Positions 1 through 9,428 of a stretch of 64,000 bases of DNA are shown here, piece by piece (position 1 is the first letter of the stretch; each line of letters begins with the position of its first letter). A program made the translations under genes and the position numbers. The notes beneath the pieces are model-generated. The model had not been told where the DNA came from and searched no databases. It saw only the letters and a list, made by a program, of their open reading frames with translations. Source of the DNA: Thermodesulfobacteriota bacterium (lineage in GTDB: Bacteria > Desulfobacterota > Binatia > Bin18); contig OZ219926.1 in the NCBI GenBank assembly GCA_964291405.2, positions 3,168,001 to 3,232,000 of the forward strand, in the 5' to 3' direction.

Positions 1-1
1 T

Positions 2-1048
2 ATTTACTATAAACCCGGTTCGCTCAAGGCCCAGACCTGTGTGAGCGGCGGCGCGCTGTTAACCGAATTTTGCGATCAACACGATATCCCGTATGAACGG
101 TGTGGGAAAGTCGTTGTGGCAACCTCGGTGGACGAGCTCCCTCGGCTTGAGGAACTCCACCGGCGCGGGACGGCCAACGGTGTTGCAGGGATGGAAATGA
201 TCGGTCCCGAGCGGCTGCGGGAAATTGAACCGCACGCCGCCGGCATCCGAGCCCTGTACGTCCCCCAAACAGGGATTATCGACTATGTGCGGGTGGCGGA
301 GCAGTATGCCGCCCTCGTCCAAGAAGCCGGGGGCGAGATTCGGTGCGCGCAGCAGGTACAAAAAATTGTCTCGACTGACGGTCAGCTGGTTGTGGAGACG
401 GCCACCGATACGATCCGGACGCGAGCGGTCATTAACTGTGGCGGTCTCCAGTGCGACCGGATTGCCCGCCTGGCAGGGGCTGAGCCGGCATTGCAGATTG
501 TCCCGTTCCGAGGCGAATATTATACCCTTGCCCCGGACAAACACGCCCTGGTGAATCATCTCATCTATCCGGTTCCAGACCCGGCCTTTCCTTTTCTGGG
601 CGTCCATTTCACCCGGACTATGACCGGGGAGCGGGAAGCTGGGCCGAATGCGGTTCTGGCCTTTGCCCGAGAGGGCTATCAGTGGGCGGATCTGATCCCT
701 CAAGACTTGTGGGAAACGTTGTGTTTCTCCGGGTTTCGGACGATAGCGCGCAAATATTGGCAGACCGGCCTGGGGGAAATCTACCGTTCTCTGAATAAAG
801 CGGCGTTTCTGCGTGCTCTCCGGCGTCTGCTCCCTGAGCTGCAGGCAGAGGACTTACTGCCGGGCGGCAGCGGGGTGCGCGCCCAGGCGATTTCCGTCGA
901 TGGTGCTTTGGTCGACGATTTTGTCATTACCAGCTCGCCGCACGCCATCCATGTGCTAAACGCTCCCTCGCCGGGCGCAACCGCTTCGCTCGCTATTGGG
1001 CGACAGATTGCGAGACAGGCCGCGCAGGCATTCTCGTGGAAGGCGTAA
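2..1048 (+). CDS. lhgO: L-2-hydroxyglutarate oxidase (FAD-dependent), 5' partial
   Basis: Frame is open from the window edge (IYYKPGSLKA); motifs IVPFRGEYY, IYPVPDPAFPFLGVHFT, GVRAQA, HVLNAPSPGATASLAIG. Confidence 0.9.
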   Translation: MYYKPGSLKAQTCVSGGALLTEFCDQHDIPYERCGKVVVATSVDELPRLEELHRRGTANGVAGMEMIGPERLREIEPHAAGIRALYVPQTGIIDYVRVAEQYAALVQEAGGEIRCAQQVQKIVSTDGQLVVETATDTIRTRAVINCGGLQCDRIARLAGAEPALQIVPFRGEYYTLAPDKHALVNHLIYPVPDPAFPFLGVHFTRTMTGEREAGPNAVLAFAREGYQWADLIPQDLWETLCFSGFRTIARKYWQTGLGEIYRSLNKAAFLRALRRLLPELQAEDLLPGGSGVRAQAISVDGALVDDFVITSSPHAIHVLNAPSPGATASLAIGRQIARQAAQAFSWKA

Positions 1049-1062
1049 TTGGAGAAGGGGCA

Positions 1063-1548
1063 ATGGGTAGCCGCGTCTTTATTGGCGTCGGGTCAAATCT
1101 CGGCAACCGCCGAGGGTATTATCAAAAGGCACTCGACCTGATGGCTGACCTCCCGCAGACGGCCATTGTGCGCTGTTCCTCCTTGTATGAGACTGAGCCG
1201 ATTGGGGAGGCGAAGAACTGGTATATCAATGGCGTGGTTGAATTGGAGACCGCGTTGAGCCCGCAGCACCTCCTGAGTCGCCTGCAAAAAATCGAGTCGG
1301 CACTCGGGCGCACACGGACAAAAAAATGGGCGTCTCGCACAATTGATCTCGATATATTACTCTTTGACAAGCAGGTTGTGAATGAAGAGCGGTTGAAGAT
1401 CCCGCATCCGGAAATGCACCGGCGACGGTTTGTTCTTTTACCGCTCTCTGAGTTGGCCCCACGGTTTGTCCATCCCCTCCTCGGTTCGACTGTGGCTGAA
1501 CTCCTGGTTGGTCTTGCGGATGACAAACAGGTCCTGCGCTTCGGCTGA
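1063..1548 (+). CDS. folK: 2-amino-4-hydroxy-6-hydroxymethyldihydropteridine diphosphokinase
   Basis: IGVGSNLG, SSLYETEP, RTIDLDIL, IPHPEM..RRFVLLPL; ATG 1063 follows GGAGAAGGGG. Confidence 0.95.
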   Translation: MGSRVFIGVGSNLGNRRGYYQKALDLMADLPQTAIVRCSSLYETEPIGEAKNWYINGVVELETALSPQHLLSRLQKIESALGRTRTKKWASRTIDLDILLFDKQVVNEERLKIPHPEMHRRRFVLLPLSELAPRFVHPLLGSTVAELLVGLADDKQVLRFG

Positions 1549-1549
1549 C

Positions 1550-2011
1550 TTATTCGGAAGCCAGGAGCGCCTCGACTCTCGTCGCCTGGTCTCGCACTGC
1601 CTGGGTCTGAGACCGAAAATGATCGAGGCTGCCAGGTTGAACGCGGAGTCGGTCAGCTTCCGTAACGAGGCTGTGATACAGATCGAGGAGCTGGTTAAAG
1701 GCGGTGAGCGAGGGCCGGTCGGCGTAGCGCTGGGTCACAATGCGGGAGAAGTCCCGCGCCCGTTCGAGAGGATACAGAAACTCATTCATCATGGCTGGGG
1801 TCAGCGGGTCGTTGTCTTCCAAGAGCCGGTTCATCTTGTCGGTCATCGCCCGCATGAGTTGGATATGGGTGTGCATGAGTTTTTCGTACTTGAGCCAGTA
1901 GCATCCGCCCAGACTGCACGGCAGAAGAAGGCACAGCAGGATGCTGACTCGAGCCAGCCGTTGGGAAGCGAGAGGCCGGGCTTGACGATTAGGAAACCAG
2001 CGGCCTAACAT
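1550..2011 (-). CDS. Hypothetical helical protein, probable lipoprotein
   Basis: Basic N-terminus, hydrophobic stretch and LGGC lipobox; fills the gap between folK and the divergent PAS gene; start uncertain. Confidence 0.6.
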   Translation of the reverse strand: MLGRWFPNRQARPLASQRLARVSILLCLLLPCSLGGCYWLKYEKLMHTHIQLMRAMTDKMNRLLEDNDPLTPAMMNEFLYPLERARDFSRIVTQRYADRPSLTAFNQLLDLYHSLVTEADRLRVQPGSLDHFRSQTQAVRDQATRVEALLASE

Positions 2012-2093
2012 AGTAAAAAAAGAATACTCCTGAGCATCGTTCTCCGAATAATGCTCAGCGCTCGGTGCAGAGTGAACAAGTAAGTGGTCTTCC

Positions 2094-3578
2094 ATGTTCC
2101 AACTTTCCTCTGTGTATTTTGAACGGCTCCTAGAAAGTTCTCTCGACATTGTCATTGCCGTCGATCATCGAGGACAAATCATCTTCTACAATGACGGGGC
2201 GAGCAAGACCCTGGGCTATGCCCGAGAGGAGGTCCAAGGAAAACGGGTCATGCTCTATCCCAGCCTCGAAGAAGCTCGGCGGGTGCTAGGGGCGATGCGC
2301 AGTGAGGACATTGGGGAAAAGGGCAAGCTCAAGAATTTTGAAACCACCCTGGTCGCAAAGAGCGGCGAGCAGATTCCCATCTCGTTCTCGGGCTCAATTA
2401 TTTACGACGAAGACGGGGCCGAAATTGGTTCGATCGGCTTTCACCGCGACCTGCGTGAGCTCCGGTTACCGCCGGGATATTTCGAGCGTCTGCTGGAAAG
2501 CTCCCTCGATATCGTGATTGCGCTCGACCATAAGGGTCAGATTATTTTTTATAACGATGGGGCGCATCAGACGCTCGGCTATACCTCACGAGAGATCCAC
2601 GGCAAGCGGGTTTGGGCCTCTGTCTACCCGAACATCGATGAGGCGCGTCGCGTCATGGAGGCCATGCGGAGTGAAGAGGTCGGCGAGAAGGGCAAGGTGA
2701 AGAATTTCGAGACCACGCTCGTGACAAAGAGTGGCGAGCACATTCCCGCCGCCATTTCCGGTTCCATTATTTATGATGATGCGGGAAACGAGGCCGGCTC
2801 GGTTGGCTTTTTGAAAGATCTGCGGGAGATCCGCCGCCGAGATCAGTTGGCGACGCTGGGTGAATTAGCCGTCGGTCTCGGGCATCGGATCAATAACCCG
2901 CTAGAGGTCATCTTTAATAATCTGGATATTCTGACCAAACACATGGCGCAGAGTTTTCCGGACGAAGAATACGTTGTCCAGGAAGAACGGGTGGAATCCA
3001 TCCAGCGTGAGCTGGCAAAGATCCGGGGGATCGTCGCGCGGATTGACGATATGGCCCATGGTGAGCGCTATGATACGACCGAGTACCTGCACGGTTCTCG
3101 GATGGCGGACCTTGGCCGGGACGAAGTCGTTGCTCCCCATCATGTAAGTGTCCGACCGGAAACCCAGGCACTGGCCGGTCTGCGTCTCTTGGTGGTCGAT
3201 GACGATCTTGGCGTGTGTTACTCGTTGCGTGACTTGTTAACCGAAGATGGCTGTAGTGTTGAGGTCGCAACCAACGGGATTGAGGCGCTGAAGATCCTTG
3301 ATCAGAACTTTCTCGACCAGAATCCCTTCCACATGGTGTTGAGTGACGTGGTGATGCCTGACCTGGACGGGTACGATCTCTACATGGAGGCAAAGGAGCG
3401 CTACCCGCAACTACCGGTTGTCCTGATGACGGCCTATTTTTACGACAAAGACCACGTAATCAAACGGAGTCGTCTGGAAGGATTAGAGGACGTCTTATTC
3501 AAGAAACCGGTCGATCCGGACCGGCTGAAAGAGATGATTCTCAAGCTGTGCAAACCCGAAGAAGCGAGTCAAGCCTAG
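2094..3578 (+). CDS. PAS-PAS-HisKA-receiver signalling protein lacking an HATPase domain
   Basis: Two near-duplicate PAS domains (YFERLLESSLDIVIA...), H-box GHRINNPL, REC domain (LLVVDDD, SDVVMPDLDG, KKP). Confidence 0.85.
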   Translation: MFQLSSVYFERLLESSLDIVIAVDHRGQIIFYNDGASKTLGYAREEVQGKRVMLYPSLEEARRVLGAMRSEDIGEKGKLKNFETTLVAKSGEQIPISFSGSIIYDEDGAEIGSIGFHRDLRELRLPPGYFERLLESSLDIVIALDHKGQIIFYNDGAHQTLGYTSREIHGKRVWASVYPNIDEARRVMEAMRSEEVGEKGKVKNFETTLVTKSGEHIPAAISGSIIYDDAGNEAGSVGFLKDLREIRRRDQLATLGELAVGLGHRINNPLEVIFNNLDILTKHMAQSFPDEEYVVQEERVESIQRELAKIRGIVARIDDMAHGERYDTTEYLHGSRMADLGRDEVVAPHHVSVRPETQALAGLRLLVVDDDLGVCYSLRDLLTEDGCSVEVATNGIEALKILDQNFLDQNPFHMVLSDVVMPDLDGYDLYMEAKERYPQLPVVLMTAYFYDKDHVIKRSRLEGLEDVLFKKPVDPDRLKEMILKLCKPEEASQA

Positions 3579-3695
3579 CTTCTTGAGGCGACATGCCTCT
3601 CGGTGGAAACGAACCGGTGAGTCCTCCCCCGACTCCTCCTTCCCAATACTGGACGGAACTACCCGAAAAGTCTATTCTTTAAGCTAGAGGTATTA

Positions 3696-3724
3696 TTGAC
3701 GCTCCCCCTGGGACGAGATATAAA
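3696..3724 (+). promoter_or_regulatory. Putative sigma70 promoter of pckG
   Basis: TTGACG (3696-3701), 17 bp spacer, TATAAA (3719-3724) in an AT-rich intergenic region. Confidence 0.6.
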
Positions 3725-3791
3725 AAAAACTTATCATCTTTTGTTCTTAGTATTAGCATCCACTCTATACCCAGAGGAGACCACCCCGACT

Positions 3792-5537
3792 ATGCCAACC
3801 CCACTCGAACAATGGGTCGAAGAAACGGCCCAGCTCACGCGACCAAAGAACATTCACTGGTGTGACGGCTCGGAAGAGGAAAACCAACGCTTGATTGAGG
3901 GCATGCTCGATGACGGGACGCTGATGGCGTTAAATCAGGAGAAATATCCGAACTGTTATTTACACCGGAGCGACCCCAAAGATGTGGCGCGCACCGAGCA
4001 TCTGACCTTTGTGTGCACGCGGGAAAAAGAAGACGCCGGTCCGAATAATAACTGGATGGCCCCGGCGGAGGCCAAGGAGAAAGTTGGTGGGCTCTTTCAG
4101 GGGGCGATGAAAGACCGCACGCTGTACGTTGTGCCGTATATCATGGGGCCCGTCACGTCGCCCTACAGTCAGGTTGGCGTCGAAATCACGGATAGTCCCT
4201 ACGTCGCAGCCAGTATGCGTATCATGACCCGCATGGGCAAGGTTGCGCTTGAGCGGCTGGGTTCGTCGGAGAATTATGTCCAGGGTCTCCATTCGCTTGG
4301 CGACCTCAGCCCTGACCGCCGGTTTATCATGCACTACCCTGAAGACCGCGCGATCTGGTCTGTTGGCTCCGGCTACGGTGGGAACGCCCTGCTTGGGAAA
4401 AAATGCTTCGCTTTACGCCTGGGGAGCTATATGGCGCGTGAGGAGGGCTGGCTGGCTGAGCATATGCTGATCATCGGCATTGAGGAGCCGAGCGGTCGGA
4501 CAACGTATATTGCAGCCGCGTTCCCCAGCGCCTGCGGAAAAACGAATCTGGCCATGCTGATCCCACCGGAGAGCCAGAAGGGCTATAAAGTCTGGACGGT
4601 GGGAGACGATATTGCCTGGATGCATCCCGGACCGGATGGGCGGCTGTGGGCGATTAATCCGGAGGCCGGGTTTTTTGGCGTTGCGCCGGGAACAAACTCT
4701 CACACCAATCCGAATGTCATGGCAACTGTCGCGAAGAACTCCATCTTTACGAATGTCGCCCTCACCCCGGACGGCACCCCATACTGGGAAGGCCTGGATG
4801 GTGGTCCGCCGGCCGAGGCGATCGACTGGCAGGGCAAGCCGTGGACGCCACAGTCCGAGGGCAAGGCCGCCCACCCCAACTCTCGCTTTACCACGCCAGC
4901 TCGCCAGTGTCCGGTCATGTCTTCAGAGTGGGAATCGCCCCAAGGGGTACCGATCTCGGCCTTCCTCTTTGGCGGCCGACGCGCGGGCTTGATTCCGCTC
5001 GTCTATCAGTCTTTCAACTGGCAGCATGGGGTGTCGCTTGGCACGACGATGGCGTCCGAAACAACAGCCGCAGCGACTGGAAAAGTTGGCAAGATCAGAC
5101 GTGATCCCATGGCCATGCTGCCCTTCTGCGGCTACAACATGGGTGACTATTTCGGCCATTGGCTCAATATGGGCCAAAAGATTGCCAATCCACCGAAAAT
5201 TTTTCGGGTGAACTGGTTCCGGACAGATCAAGAGGGCAAATTTCTCTGGCCCGGCTTTGGAGAAAACCTGCGGGCGCTGCGTTGGGTCATTGCTCGGGTA
5301 CACGGCGAGGTCGAAGCTCGCGAGACCGAAATCGGTTACCTGCCGCATACCAATGACATTGATACGACCGGGATTGATGTCTCGCCGGCGGTGCTCGACG
5401 AACTCCTCAGTGTGGATCGTCCGGGCTGGGTAAAAGCCGCGGAGAGTCAGCGCGAATTCTTCCACCAGTTTGGAGACCGGCTCCCGCAGGCGCTCTGGAA
5501 AGAAAACGCGGCGCTGGATAAGCGTCTCCAAGCCTGA
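3792..5537 (+). CDS. pckG: Phosphoenolpyruvate carboxykinase (GTP)
   Basis: GSGYGGNALLGKKCFALR, AFPSACGKTNLAM, VGDDIAW, AHPNSRF, DPMAMLPFCGYN; start placed at ATG 3792. Confidence 0.97.
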   Translation: MPTPLEQWVEETAQLTRPKNIHWCDGSEEENQRLIEGMLDDGTLMALNQEKYPNCYLHRSDPKDVARTEHLTFVCTREKEDAGPNNNWMAPAEAKEKVGGLFQGAMKDRTLYVVPYIMGPVTSPYSQVGVEITDSPYVAASMRIMTRMGKVALERLGSSENYVQGLHSLGDLSPDRRFIMHYPEDRAIWSVGSGYGGNALLGKKCFALRLGSYMAREEGWLAEHMLIIGIEEPSGRTTYIAAAFPSACGKTNLAMLIPPESQKGYKVWTVGDDIAWMHPGPDGRLWAINPEAGFFGVAPGTNSHTNPNVMATVAKNSIFTNVALTPDGTPYWEGLDGGPPAEAIDWQGKPWTPQSEGKAAHPNSRFTTPARQCPVMSSEWESPQGVPISAFLFGGRRAGLIPLVYQSFNWQHGVSLGTTMASETTAAATGKVGKIRRDPMAMLPFCGYNMGDYFGHWLNMGQKIANPPKIFRVNWFRTDQEGKFLWPGFGENLRALRWVIARVHGEVEARETEIGYLPHTNDIDTTGIDVSPAVLDELLSVDRPGWVKAAESQREFFHQFGDRLPQALWKENAALDKRLQA

Positions 5538-5540
5538 AGG

Positions 5541-5574
5541 ATCAGGATTAAAGGATTGCCAGGATAATCCTGAT
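5541..5574. repeat. Intergenic inverted repeat with ATCAGGAT termini (REP-like)
   Basis: ATCAGGATTA (5541-5550) and TAATCCTGAT (5565-5574) form a perfect 10-bp inverted repeat. Confidence 0.55.
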
Positions 5575-5579
5575 ACGCA

Positions 5580-6257
5580 ATGGTCCGGATTACAAAGGTT
5601 TATACTCGGACAGGTGATAAGGGTTCGACCCGGCTCGTTGGGGGGAAAAAGATCCCTAAGGATGCTGCCCGTATCGAGGCCTATGGGACGTTGGACGAAC
5701 TGAACTCGGTTGTGGGTCTGGCTCGGGTATTCAATGACGACCTGAAGCCAGAGCTGCAGGCCGCCGAACACTTGGACGATATTCTCCGCCAACTCCAGAA
5801 CGAACTGTTCGACCTCGGGAGTGAACTGGCCACCCCCGCAGACTTTTCCTACGAGGGCATGTTTCGAGTCGGTGAGTCGGAGGTCAAGGGCCTCGAACGT
5901 ATCATCGATTCCTGCCAGAAAGACTTGGAGCCCCTCAACTCTTTTATCCTGCCCGGTGGTGGGAAAGTGGGTGGCTTCCTGCACCAGGCCCGCACCGTCT
6001 GTCGGCGGGCTGAACGAGATATTCTGCGCCTCTCGCGTGAAGAAGAGCTCAGTCCCTGGCCCCTCACGTATGTGAATCGACTCAGCGACCTGCTGTTTGT
6101 GCTATCTCGCTGGGTGAGTCAAAAGCTGGGAGAGCCGGAATATCTCTGGGAGCGTGGCCTGCGCAGTAGCGAGCGAAAAGCTGCCCGGTCCGGCAGGACA
6201 AAATCCACCCGTAGCGCCAAAAAAGCCGCGAAAAAACGCCCACGGAAGGGGACGTGA
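5580..6257 (+). CDS. ATP:cob(I)alamin adenosyltransferase, PduO type
   Basis: KVYTRTGDKGST, RIEAYGTLDELNS, FILPGG, ARTVCRRAER, YVNRLSDLLF. Confidence 0.93.
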   Translation: MVRITKVYTRTGDKGSTRLVGGKKIPKDAARIEAYGTLDELNSVVGLARVFNDDLKPELQAAEHLDDILRQLQNELFDLGSELATPADFSYEGMFRVGESEVKGLERIIDSCQKDLEPLNSFILPGGGKVGGFLHQARTVCRRAERDILRLSREEELSPWPLTYVNRLSDLLFVLSRWVSQKLGEPEYLWERGLRSSERKAARSGRTKSTRSAKKAAKKRPRKGT

Positions 6258-6940
6258 TGGCGGAGTCTTCCCTGTATTTCAAACAAATTGAAATTGGCCC
6301 CATGCAGAATTTCACCTACCTGATTGGGGATACGGCCACGCGTAAAGCGATCGTTATCGACGCCGCCTGGGACATTCCGGCCATCATCCAGACCGCGGAA
6401 CACGACGGTTTCACCATTACCCAAGCACTGGTGACCCACTATCACCAGGATCACCTCGGCGGCGATTTGTTCGGTACCCATATCCAGGGTGTGGCTGAAC
6501 TGCTCGAACAGGTGAAAGCCAAGGTGTATATCCACAAGGCCGAATCCGAGTTTCTGGGCCGTCTGGTTGGTGTGTCCGGTTCTGACATTGTTCAGGTCGA
6601 GGGTGGTGATACGACCGCTGTGGGCGCGCTCACCATCAAGTTCATTCACACGCCCGGACACACGCCCGGCTCACAATGTTTTCTGATTGAAAATCGTCTG
6701 GTGGCCGGTGACACGCTCTTTATTAACTCGTGCGGCCGGGTTGACCTGCCGGGCAGCAGTCCAGAAGACATGTACTCGAGTCTGCAGACGCTCTCACAAC
6801 TGGCGGACGAGACCGTTCTCTATCCTGGTCATAATTATGCCTCTCAGCCCTGGGATACCCTTGGAGCGCAAAAACGTCACAACATGTATCTGCATCTCAG
6901 CGCCAGGGGGCGCCAGGAATTTCTCTCGGCACTGCGATAA
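6254..6940 (+). CDS. MBL-fold metallohydrolase (glyoxalase II-like)
   Basis: THYHQDHLGG, HTPGHTPGS, GDTLF, LYPGHNY. Confidence 0.9.
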   Translation: MMAESSLYFKQIEIGPMQNFTYLIGDTATRKAIVIDAAWDIPAIIQTAEHDGFTITQALVTHYHQDHLGGDLFGTHIQGVAELLEQVKAKVYIHKAESEFLGRLVGVSGSDIVQVEGGDTTAVGALTIKFIHTPGHTPGSQCFLIENRLVAGDTLFINSCGRVDLPGSSPEDMYSSLQTLSQLADETVLYPGHNYASQPWDTLGAQKRHNMYLHLSARGRQEFLSALR

Positions 6941-6960
6941 ACGGACACAAAGGAGGGCGG

Positions 6961-8019
6961 GTGCGTATCCGGAAAAAGCGGGGCAATTTCCTCGAAGATT
7001 TCTCGGTTGGTCAGTTGTTTCGGCACAAGGTCGGAAAAACCGTAACCGAAGGCTTGTTCAACGCCTTTACCGAATTCGGCATGACAACCAATCCGCTGTC
7101 GAAAAACGTGCGCTATGCCGAACAGTACGGTTTCCGCGGGCTGGTGGCCCCGCCGGGTTTGGTGATGAATATCGTCTTCAGCCAGAGCGTTGAAGACATT
7201 TCTGAAAACGCGCGGGCCAATCTCGAATACCGTGACATGCGCTTTGGCGCACCTGTGTATATCGGCGATACGATTGAGGTTGAGACGACCATCCTCGGCA
7301 TCAAGCCCTCCTCACGGGACCAGGACCGGGGCGTCGTCCACGTCCAGACGACCGGCCGGAACCAGCATGGTGAAATTGTGCTGACCCTGCAGCGCAAGGT
7401 GCAAATCTGGAAAGATAATATGGATGCTCGGGTCGAAGACGTAGCCCTGGATGATATCCCCCATATCCCCTGCGAGCTCGTTGTGCCGGAGTATGACAAG
7501 AGTCGGCGTTACGAAAACCTGGCCCACCTGGCCAATGACGACACCTATTTTGAGGACTTTCAGCCCGGAGACACGCTCGAACATTCCCGCGGACGGACGC
7601 TGACCACCGCCCATATGGAATGGACCGCGCTGTTGGACAACACCTCTCAGGTCCACTCCAACCAGTATCTGATAGACCAGAATCCAGAGCGCTATATTGG
7701 CGGCCAGTTGATCGTCTATGGTGGGATTCCGTTTAATCTCTGCCTGGGTCTATCCTGTCCCGACGTTGGCGATAATGCGGTTGGGGACGTGCGCTATGTG
7801 ACCGGCCGACACACGGGACCGGTTTTTGTTGGGGATACCGTCTTCGCCTCAACCGAAATAACCGGCACCCGTGAGTATCCCAGTCGTTCCGACCTGGGGA
7901 TTGTCGAGACCATCCTGCGCGGTCATAAATTCATCCCAAAAGACGGGGTTGGGGAAAAGATTGAGATTTTCTATCTCGAACGTGAACTGGCCGTAAAACG
8001 GCGCAGCCATTATACCTGA
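6961..8019 (+). CDS. Double MaoC/hot-dog acyl-CoA dehydratase (mesaconyl-CoA hydratase-like)
   Basis: Two MaoC units (GNFLEDFSVGQ...RFGAPVYIGDTI and YFEDFQPGD...PVFVGDTV); GTG start after AGGAGG. Confidence 0.8.
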   Translation: MRIRKKRGNFLEDFSVGQLFRHKVGKTVTEGLFNAFTEFGMTTNPLSKNVRYAEQYGFRGLVAPPGLVMNIVFSQSVEDISENARANLEYRDMRFGAPVYIGDTIEVETTILGIKPSSRDQDRGVVHVQTTGRNQHGEIVLTLQRKVQIWKDNMDARVEDVALDDIPHIPCELVVPEYDKSRRYENLAHLANDDTYFEDFQPGDTLEHSRGRTLTTAHMEWTALLDNTSQVHSNQYLIDQNPERYIGGQLIVYGGIPFNLCLGLSCPDVGDNAVGDVRYVTGRHTGPVFVGDTVFASTEITGTREYPSRSDLGIVETILRGHKFIPKDGVGEKIEIFYLERELAVKRRSHYT

Positions 8020-8098
8020 CCCTCCAATCACAGAGCGGCACGTAGAGTGCCTGTCTCGCCTTTTACCCGGTCTCGACGGCTGATAAAGCGTCAACAGC

Positions 8099-9277
8099 AT
8101 GACCTTCCGTCGGATCGTATGGCCGCTGGCGGTTGCGGAAACGCTGGTCTGGGCGGCGCTCTACTATTCGTTTCCCGCACTGTTGCTTGAGTGGGAGCGC
8201 GACCTGGGCTGGTCGAAAACCGAGCTTGCCGGGGCGCTCACGCTGGCTCTGATTACTTCGGCCCTGCTCGGGCCCGTGACCGGGCGCTTCATAGACCGCG
8301 GTTTCGGGCGGGTCGTCTTCAGCGGCAGTGCCGCCCTGGGGGGCGTCTTCCTGGCTGGCCTCGCCTGGGTTGAACACCAGTGGCAATTCTACTGTCTATG
8401 GTTCGGCATTGGCGTAGCCATGGCCGGCTCGTTATACGACGCGTGCTTCTCCGTCCTGACGCGCTCGCTGGGCGACAAAGCTCGTCGGGCCATTACCCTT
8501 GTCACCTTAGTCGCTGGGTTTGCCGGGACACTCGCCTTTCCGAGTATCCACCTGCTCGTCGGCTGGGTCGGCTGGAGAGGTGCCGTGGTCATTGTCGCTG
8601 GCGTCAATCTCCTGGTTGCCGTTCCCCTCATCTGGAACGCGTGCCGACATGCGGACCAGCATCGAGCCGATAAAAATGCCCCAAGCAGCGCTCACCCTGG
8701 AACTGCCTCACGCGTGCTCAAGGCACCGGTCTTCTGGCTACTCGCCGTGGCATTCGGCATGGCCTATATGGAACATTTCAGCCTGCTGACGCATCTCCTA
8801 CCGCTATTGTCTGAACGGGGTCTGTCAGACGAAGCGGCAGTCCTCACGGCCTCTTCCATCGGACCCATGCAGGTGGCGGGTCGCCTGGCGATGTTGGCAG
8901 TGGAGAAATACGTTTCGACGTTTTGGATCGCTCTCGCCTGTTTCCTTGCTATGAGCGGTGCGGCAACCGCCCTGTTATGCTCCCAGGCCGTTCCCCTGCT
9001 ACTCCCGCTTTTCGTGGTACTCCAGGGAGCGGGGATTGGGATGAGCAGCATACTCCGCCCGGTGATGACCGCCGAACTGTTGGGTAGAGCCCATTTCGGG
9101 ATCATCTCCGGCTTTCTCGCTATCCCATCCATCCTGGCCGCGGCCCTCGCTCCCACCCTGGCCGCACTGGTGTGGGGAATGGGCGGCTATGAGATGGTCA
9201 TTTTGATGGCGGTCGCTACCACAATAGTTGGGCTGGGCTGCATCAGCAGCATCCCTCTGCTGGCATCCCGCCGGTGA
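8099..9277 (+). CDS. MFS transporter
   Basis: About 12 hydrophobic segments; motif A GRFIDRGFGR. Confidence 0.9.
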   Translation: MTFRRIVWPLAVAETLVWAALYYSFPALLLEWERDLGWSKTELAGALTLALITSALLGPVTGRFIDRGFGRVVFSGSAALGGVFLAGLAWVEHQWQFYCLWFGIGVAMAGSLYDACFSVLTRSLGDKARRAITLVTLVAGFAGTLAFPSIHLLVGWVGWRGAVVIVAGVNLLVAVPLIWNACRHADQHRADKNAPSSAHPGTASRVLKAPVFWLLAVAFGMAYMEHFSLLTHLLPLLSERGLSDEAAVLTASSIGPMQVAGRLAMLAVEKYVSTFWIALACFLAMSGAATALLCSQAVPLLLPLFVVLQGAGIGMSSILRPVMTAELLGRAHFGIISGFLAIPSILAAALAPTLAALVWGMGGYEMVILMAVATTIVGLGCISSIPLLASRR

Positions 9278-9428
9278 TGGACTGCCAAATCGGAGGGTTT
9301 GTCGGGTCAGGGGCAGAGAGTAAAGCCGCTCGACTCACCTCCCTTCGTGTTGCTCCCCATATCCCGGTTGGTTATGATACTCCCCTTATCGGAAGTACGG
9401 ATACGCCTGGCATAGGAGGGAACACCGT

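Noticed and set aside
4923-5984. Long antisense ORFs (also 9372..10445, 11269..12201, 25788..26567, 38892..39641, 52901..54106)
   Set aside because: They shadow well-supported genes on the opposite strand and have no motifs, as expected in GC-rich DNA
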